Shown: in pieces, positions 56,969 through 64,000 of the stretch
Position numbering within the stretch: position 1 is the first letter of the stretch
How the letters are laid out: the number at the start of each line of letters is the position of its first letter
Source: Balanoglossus misakiensis
Lineage: Eukaryota; Animalia; Hemichordata
Reading direction: 5' to 3'
Assembly (NCBI GenBank): GCA_040954595.2
Contig: CM082591.2
Location: 5,487,009 to 5,551,008, forward strand
DNA: 64,000 nucleotides
Program-made: the position numbers and the translations under genes
The notes under the pieces: model-generated
Seen by the model: only the letters and a program-made list of their open reading frames with translations
Databases searched by the model: none
What the model was told of the DNA's origin: nothing

Positions 56969-59158
56969 TTACTGCGCGAATACCTTTACACAGTGGTTTC
57001 CCCGGTCAGCAACCAGAACCTTACAAAGTGGTTCATCATCCGTTACACAGATACCATGGGGTTTATTGAGTCCATCGTCGTCACTGTCAACACGACAGAC
57101 AAATTTCCCCCCAGATTCATATTTGACAATTCTGTTATTTTCGCAATCTGAGACATGCACATAGCCGTGTTTATCCACAGCCACTCCACGGGGGTAACTC
57201 AGCTGACCATCTCCACTTCCGTAAGAGCCGAATGTATACAGGAAGTGACCATCGCCATCGAACACTTGAATGCGATGGTTACAAGTATCTGATACATAGA
57301 CATTGCCTTTGTCGTCAATGCAGACAAACCATGGATGGAAAAACTCACCCTCCTTACTTCCCTCTCTCCCAAATGATTTGATATGATTTCCATCTTCGTC
57401 GTAGATGTGAATGCAGTGTCCATGGAGATCCACAACATAAACCCTCCCATTGACAGGACTTATACCAATACCGACTGGGCATTCAATCTTTCCCTTCCCA
57501 AAACACCTGATCAGTTTGCCATTCTCGTCACACACAATTACCTGCTTATTTCCTGCATCTGTTGTGTAAACATTTCCATCCACCGACACAGCTGCATCGT
57601 ATGGTTCAAATGCATTACCCAAATTTCCAAATTGGAATATTTTCTGCTGTTTTCCACCCACACTGAAAGATTGCAATCTATGATTATCACAGTCAGAAAC
57701 TAACGCATCACCTGTTCTTGTGAGGGTTACCCCATATGGATTCTTCAGCTGACCAACCCCTGAACCCTCCTCCCCAAATTTATACACCAATCCCTTCTTA
57801 GGAATAACTTTAAGTCTAACCGGTGAACCCCGTACTACTTTCTTACGTACCGACACTGACAGTTCATGTTCGCCTTCCGTGTTTGCACGAGTTTTCAAAC
57901 TCAGAGTCCCGTCGTTATTATCGCTGACTTCCACTTTTTCTCCTGATGTCAAGGCAGCCTCAACTTCGTCGATTTTTGTCTTAACCGGTGACGTCATTGT
58001 GACGCATATTTCTTCGTCTATTCTTGTGAAGTCTGGAGCATCACGTATTCCATAAGGAAATGTAGTCTCTATCGCTCCTACCTTCTTCTCCGTACAGAAA
58101 TCATCACACGGTTCGAACTTCAGGTAGTCGCTCTCTATCGGTTCGGTTTCTGTCTCCAATTTCAGCAATTCTGTCATCTGACTGCCGATCCCCTTCTTTG
58201 CCGTCATCAGCTGCGTAGCGTTGCCATGGTGAACCAGTTTCTCGGCGTATTCTCGCGCGTGCGACAGATCATTCTGGCAAACTTCCATTTCTTTCAGCTG
58301 AGCGTTTAAATTCAATTTTCGCCTGTCGTATTCGTCTTTCAGTTCTTTCAGAAGTTTGTCGCCGTTTTCTTGTATCAGACGAGTGAGTTCTTCAATTGTG
58401 TTACGGATGTGTTCTCTCAATTGGTCGCCTTCTCTCCTGAAGCTCTCGTCTAAGGATGTCGATACTTGGGTTACAGCTATCGTGCTCTCACTGACCTGAG
58501 TTTCTTTCGTTTTCACTTTGTCAATGGTCGTTAGCAAATCTTCGGTGTAGGCTTCGGCTGCCTGTTTCACACAACGGTACTGGTGATCGGGTTTGCAATG
58601 ATCCAACGCCGTGCACTTCAGACAGATCGACTTGTCGCACGTATCGCAGTAGAATTCGATCTCGCAGTTTGGATGTTTGCTGCAGTAGATCGGTGGCTGA
58701 ACGGAGGCGGGGTCGACCGACTTGGCGGTGCTGTATTCGTCCAGTGAAACGAGCCGGTGCAGTTTCGTCAACGGGACTTTTACGTGTCCCCTGGAACAAA
58801 CATCACACATTTCGAGCGAACACTCGACACAGTGCATGGTCCGAACGCCTTGCTCGCACAGTTCACACTTCATCGTTGACGTCGAAGTGTCTCGTTTATT
58901 AAGCAGTTCAACCAAATCGTTCAGAAAACCGCTGGTGTCGAAGCCGGACACGCCATTACCCGGAAGCTCGTGTGACCGCCGACATATTGGACAGTTTACA
59001 GCACCACGAGTTTTCTCTGCCAGCTTACCCAGACACGGCTCGCAGAAGGTGTGTAGACACGGTAGAATTTTCGCATTCTTGTACCTCTCTGAACAGACAG
59101 CACAGAGGAGGAAATTCTCGTCGATTTCCGTTGCAACCCCAGAATCCTTGGCAGCCAT
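56969..59158 (-). CDS. TRIM-NHL protein paralogue: RING, two B-boxes, coiled coil, filamin-like Ig domain, six NHL repeats; uninterrupted CDS, about 729 aa
   Basis: The ORF track gives 56969-59218. The ATG at 59158 (MAAKDSG) aligns with the paralogue start MAAKATT. The RING, B-box and NHL motifs match the neighbouring gene, and a filamin signature DNNDGT...GEHELSVSV...GSP is present. Confidence 0.95.
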   Translation of the reverse strand: MAAKDSGVATEIDENFLLCAVCSERYKNAKILPCLHTFCEPCLGKLAEKTRGAVNCPICRRSHELPGNGVSGFDTSGFLNDLVELLNKRDTSTSTMKCELCEQGVRTMHCVECSLEMCDVCSRGHVKVPLTKLHRLVSLDEYSTAKSVDPASVQPPIYCSKHPNCEIEFYCDTCDKSICLKCTALDHCKPDHQYRCVKQAAEAYTEDLLTTIDKVKTKETQVSESTIAVTQVSTSLDESFRREGDQLREHIRNTIEELTRLIQENGDKLLKELKDEYDRRKLNLNAQLKEMEVCQNDLSHAREYAEKLVHHGNATQLMTAKKGIGSQMTELLKLETETEPIESDYLKFEPCDDFCTEKKVGAIETTFPYGIRDAPDFTRIDEEICVTMTSPVKTKIDEVEAALTSGEKVEVSDNNDGTLSLKTRANTEGEHELSVSVRKKVVRGSPVRLKVIPKKGLVYKFGEEGSGVGQLKNPYGVTLTRTGDALVSDCDNHRLQSFSVGGKQQKIFQFGNLGNAFEPYDAAVSVDGNVYTTDAGNKQVIVCDENGKLIRCFGKGKIECPVGIGISPVNGRVYVVDLHGHCIHIYDEDGNHIKSFGREGSKEGEFFHPWFVCIDDKGNVYVSDTCNHRIQVFDGDGHFLYTFGSYGSGDGQLSYPRGVAVDKHGYVHVSDCENNRIVKYESGGKFVCRVDSDDDGLNKPHGICVTDDEPLCKVLVADRGNHCVKVFAQ

Positions 59159-59483
59159 GATCGCTCTGTTCGCTGATCGTCTGTTTACCGGACTCGTGAC
59201 CTGGCTAGTTACCATCACGTGACCAAATTCTACGAACTGTGCATTGACATTGTATTTCTACGAAAGGGGCTATACTATGGTCTTTCTTTTGTGCATATGG
59301 AGTTGAGAGATTTTGAAATTTAAGATTCGTGAACACAAATCAAAAGTATAATATTCGTTGTCCTCAGGTGAACTTTTAAATGACCCGACGTGACCTCATA
59401 TGACCTCCAGAACTGTACATGTACGTTGTATCTCATCTTTCTATTCCTATCAGGCCGAAATGTGGAAATGTGACGTGTAGGAT

Positions 59484-59518
<35 letters not shown>

Positions 59519-59553
59519 CACACACACACACACATACACACACACACACACAC
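59484..59553. repeat. (CA)n microsatellite
   Basis: Read directly from the sequence. Confidence 0.95.
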
Positions 59554-61353
59554 AACAAGACAGCATTGTGGTGGCGCTATGCACACGCGCCCTAGCTACA
59601 TGTAAACCTGGGGTGCGTTCGACGCACAAAGCGTTTTGTGAATGCTTGCGCAGGGCGCTTTTGTACTTCGTCGAACGATCATTCTCGCCCCACCAGACTA
59701 CGGATTTCTTTCGTTTCACTATCGAAATCACGTACTCTGGTTAAAATGGAGTACCGCGCTGGTATTTGAACATATTGGTAATGCATATTCATGAGATGAC
59801 ATCATTATAATCTGGCCAATCAAAGTGCACCTTCTTCGCTCTCACTCAGACTCAGAGCACTGCCACTGGAAGCCGCCATGTTGTTTAGAATGAGATGTAA
59901 TGAGATGCGTGAATGGGATGTAACAAGCAATCTGATTGGTTGTTGGATGTACTGTGAAAGCGCCTAGACCAAATACTGAATACATGGCCGTATTATACCA
60001 CGGCCTTTTTGCGGGGAGCAGAGCGCTGCCGTAAAAGGGCCGTGGTTTGCGACGATGCTAACGATAGGCTTGTCAAATGGGGGCGTGAAAGGCATAATGG
60101 CGGCATATATAAAGCGACAAGCCTGTATGATACTTGTGCAACAATTTATAGACGATAGCGTCGGCATTGACGATGTGGATATATACAAACCAACAAGCCG
60201 CTGCTAACTTAAACATAACATCCTCCCGTGATTTAGTATCAGCAGCGGCCGTTGGCAAGAATGTCCCTGTGCGCATATAAGGACATGATTCCGGAAGTGC
60301 ATACCACTTTTAAACCGTAGCGGCACAATTCATGTGAATTGGTGTATTGGTGGGGAAAAATACAAGCTTTCGCTTGGTAAAACTATCACTACCTAAATCG
60401 ACAAATATTCTGCAACTTCTTTGAAAATATGCCCTGCGAGTCGTACTTTGGCTAACATGTCCGCCATTTTGAATTAATGAGTTGTTCGCCGCGAGTCACC
60501 TCCGTCTTACGCCTTCCATTGTTACAAAACGTTCGCGAAAAACAATGACAAAAGATCGTTCGACATGAAAACGTTTCCGAACGTTGCCGAACGCTTCGTA
60601 CGTCGAACGCACCCTGAATACATCTAAACCATCTACACGAACGGATCACAAACAGCGCCATCATTATCCGGGATTACGGCTGCTTTCTCCCTTTACCGTT
60701 ATAAAGTTTCATCTCTCGATACACTTTGGGCGTTTTAGTAACAGAATCATAACAAGACTATATTCATTCATTTTTATTTTGACAAAACGACATATATCGT
60801 AGGGTAAAAGTTGCCTTACTCATTTCTTTTACTCCCAGGAATAAGGAAATCAAATTAAATTGATGTGATATTACAGGGTCTCTATCTGTACCACCTGGTT
60901 ACACCTCACCCCGAAAAAAACACGTTTCTATTTGCATATATATTTTATTCCGATACCAAGAAATATTGTGTAACGGAACTCCAAAAATAACGGCAGCGGA
61001 TTTCTAATAATAAATTTACGTCTTTAATTGGTTTCATGGTCGGAAAACAACATGTTTAAATTATTTATAAGGCAACATGTTACTGGTACAGAGAATTTTA
61101 AAATAAAACGTGTATCAGAAAATTTGTGAAGAATTTATACGGGTATTAGAAATAACGGCAAAGGCGTATTTGCTGGAAAGGAGAATTTGTTGATTCAGGC
61201 AGCAAAGATTGGGCTTCGGGAGATTTCTTAACTCTCGCCATATATATGGCTGGAAGGTACTAGACCCACACACTTTTTTCCAGTACGGTATTTCAGTTCT
61301 GCTTGTATCCCTTCTGCACACTTATGAGTGCGAATTTCTGTGCTCGAGTACTG

Positions 61354-61864
61354 TTAAAGGTACATGCGCTGCAACTGGATAAAAAATTAAAGTTTTAAAT
61401 AATCCCATATATTCTTTTAATTATGTCTATTAAATGATATTTCATGATAGCATATCAAGATCAACACTTATTTATGACAAAATTGGCAAAAATTAAAGAA
61501 AAATGAAAATTCCTGCAATTTTTTTTTTTAAAGTGCAATATTGCAATAAAAAATGAAAATCTGATGTCTCAGTGGTGTACATTTACTTCCATGAGCTCAA
61601 GTGGATGAGATCATGTTTTGTTTATGAAGTTTCATAACCGGAAATGCAACTTTTCATTGTTTCTTGCATTTTCCCACGGTGGCGGCCATAATCGCTTGCG
61701 GCAAAGCTTTATTATTTATCTGGTTAAAACTTGCACATGCACTCATATTTAGGGTTTATAATGCTTGTGTATAGTTCACTGCCTTCATCTGCATGGACTA
61801 ATGGTAGTGCAGTTTGAAAAAAATACGAAAATTATCCCAAAAGTTACAGCTTACGTGCCTTTAA
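61354..61864. mobile_element. Putative Kolobok-type non-autonomous element, about 510 bp
   Basis: ttaa|aggtacatgcgctgcaact ... agttacagcttacgtgcct|ttaa: imperfect TIRs with AG..CT termini and TTAA flanks. Confidence 0.6.
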
Positions 61865-61889
61865 TGAACAAGCCAAGGTAGATGCACCC

Positions 61890-62237
61890 TTAAAGGGACA
61901 AAGTCTCTCTCTCGCTTCCCCTTTTTCCATTAATTATGTTTGATACACGACACCGTTCATGTTATTCTACATGTGGATATATAGTGAATCAACATTCAAC
62001 GACACACAACTTCCATCCCGTTTATAGGATATGAGAGTAAAAATCTCGCCAAAATGAATAAATGGTAAACACCGATTATTCATTTTGGTGAGTTTTTCAC
62101 TCTCGTGTCTACAAGTTGGATGGAAGTTGTGTGTGGTTGAACGTTGATTCACTATATATAGAATAACATTAACAGTGTCTTGTATCAAACATAATTAATG
62201 GGAAAAGGGCAGCGAGAGAGAGACTTTGTCCCTTTAA
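61890..62237. mobile_element. MITE family B copy
   Basis: ttaaagggacaaagtctctctctcgc ... gcgagagagagactttgtccctttaa. Confidence 0.85.
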
Positions 62238-62590
62238 ATGGATTATAGACGACAATTTCCCTTCCAGAACACAGAAACATACGAGATGGACTTGGACCTC
62301 GTGGTGGTGGAATGTGTGCGGGAGGGAGGGTGTGTGTGTGTTGGGGGGGGGGGGTGTATTGATCGCATTTCTCAACTGACAGCCTGCATTTCCATGCGTC
62401 TTTGTCAAAGTTTATGAATCATTCAAGCAGTTCCTAAGTAATTATTCATGACAAAGCACAGTTGCGTAAATTGTAAACGGGCGCCTAATTTGCTTAATGT
62501 TTGCATGCGATTTGTATACATATTTGAATCCGTGGAAAGTTCCCACAAGATGAATAGATTACTTTGCTTCATTTGTTATTGATTCAATTT

Positions 62591-63550
62591 TTTTTTGGCT
62601 GCTGCATCAAATTAGAATTTTTGGCAGGCAACATATTTCTGCTCGGCGAGGCTTAATTAAGTGTTGTTTTCCAGTTATCGACGGGCTGAGAAGATATTAT
62701 TTTGAATATAAACATACATATTGATAAAAAATTAAAAACAGACAACGAAATCTTAGCCTTTTCCATCAAGTATGCAGCAAGCTAATAAAAATTACTGCAA
62801 CGTAAAAGTACATAGAATGAAGTGTGACAATATTTCAACTCTAAGTCCCGTTTAACAACAAATTCATCAAGTTCTCATTAATATACACCAACACTAGGAT
62901 CTATTAACACAGGCAATTTACAACCTGTTAATTAATACAGCCTTGTTATTCATAAAAAGGTAAATTCTCATGTTTGAAATATTTAAAATGCACAGAATGA
63001 AGAAGGGCACCTGCATCTTTTTGGCTGCTGCATCAAATTAGAATTTTTGGCAGGCAACATATTTCTGCTCGGCGAGGCTTAATTAAGTGTTGTTTTCCAG
63101 TTATCGACGGGCTGAGAAGATATTATTTTGAATATAAACATACATATTGATAAAAAATTAAAAACAGACAACGAAATCTTAGCCTTTTCCATCAAGTATG
63201 CAGCAAGCTAATAAAAATTACTGCAACGTAAAAGTACATAGAATGAAGTGTGACAATATTTCAACTCTAAGTCCCGTTTAACAACAAATTCATCAAGTTC
63301 TCATTAATATACACCAACACTAGGATCTATTAACACAGGCAATTTACAACCTGTTAATTAATACAGCCTTGTTATTCATAAAAAAGGTAAATTCTCATGT
63401 TTGAAATATTTAAAATGCACAGAATGAAAAAGGACACCTGCATCTTTTTTGGCTGCTGCATCAAATTAGAATTTTTGGCAGGCAACATATTTCCTGTTGT
63501 TTTCCAGTTATCGACGGGCTGAGAAGATATTATTTTGAATATAAACATAC
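62591..63550. repeat. Near-identical tandem duplication, unit about 426 bp (two full units plus a partial third)
   Basis: ggctgctgcatcaaattagaatttttggcaggcaacatatttc begins at 62597, 63023 and 63451. Confidence 0.9.
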
Positions 63551-64000
63551 AATCCATGATTATTTTCCAGAATGGTACGTGTATGCTGAAATCCACAGAT
63601 ATATCGATGTGTAGCTTTCCCTGGTTCATGCAATTACAATGAAAAGCCTGCTTTTAATTTTGACTTATGCAATGCGTATCAATGTCGTCAGCCTCTAGTT
63701 AGATACTGATACACCTTAAAAGGAGAGAAATTTATGCGTGAATTTTTAACACAATAATTACCGCTGGTCTATAAATATCCTTACTTTGAAACAAAGTTGT
63801 TAGTTGGTACGTCGACAAAGTCGTTTGTTCGACTTTCACAATCTGCTTGATAAACGGCGGCGAAAACGAAGGTATGTTTCTTGAAGCTTACACTATTCGG
63901 TAGTGTGGACCGAACTACATTGACTGTAGCAATGCAATAATGGAGCGAAGACATTTTGTAAAATAATGCCTTACTTTTGAAAAAAAAGTTTAATTTTGTA

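Noticed and set aside
52671-57802. Diversity-generating retroelement as the cause of NHL variation
   Set aside because: There is no reverse transcriptase or non-coding template repeat in the window. Many differences are not explained by adenine-specific changes from either copy (GGG/TAC, TAT/CGG, GCC/ACT).
59600-60800. Additional gene or RNA gene in the CpG-rich stretch upstream of the TRIMs
   Set aside because: CCAAT and GCCATNTT-like motifs are present, but I found no convincing ORF, splice pattern or tRNA/snRNA structure.

Overview
AT-rich, intron-containing animal DNA. It is probably a marine invertebrate deuterostome such as a hemichordate; this is an inference from the gene families and repeats. 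I reconstructed six intact genes by hand from GT-AG boundaries and reading frames. They are an NR1-family (E78-like) nuclear receptor on + (6 coding exons, 4778-24207), an SLC5A8/SMCT-like sodium:solute symporter on - (15 exons, 32223-38969), two tail-to-tail CYP4 P450 paralogues (40329-44731 + and 46179-51432 -), and two tandem TRIM-NHL genes with uninterrupted CDS on - (52671-55004 and 56969-59158). Introns and intergenic DNA carry several non-autonomous DNA-transposon (MITE) families, hairpin elements and tandem repeats. The strongest unexplained signal is in the TRIM-NHL pair. Their NHL propeller and 3' UTR are nearly identical in DNA, yet the same two loop positions differ in all six blades, often by multi-nucleotide codon swaps. 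This looks like a conserved scaffold with a hypervariable binding face, suggesting a diversifying intracellular recognition repertoire. Second, the nuclear-receptor introns are rich in E-box, D-box and RORE motifs, suggesting a clock-linked, possibly autoregulated receptor.
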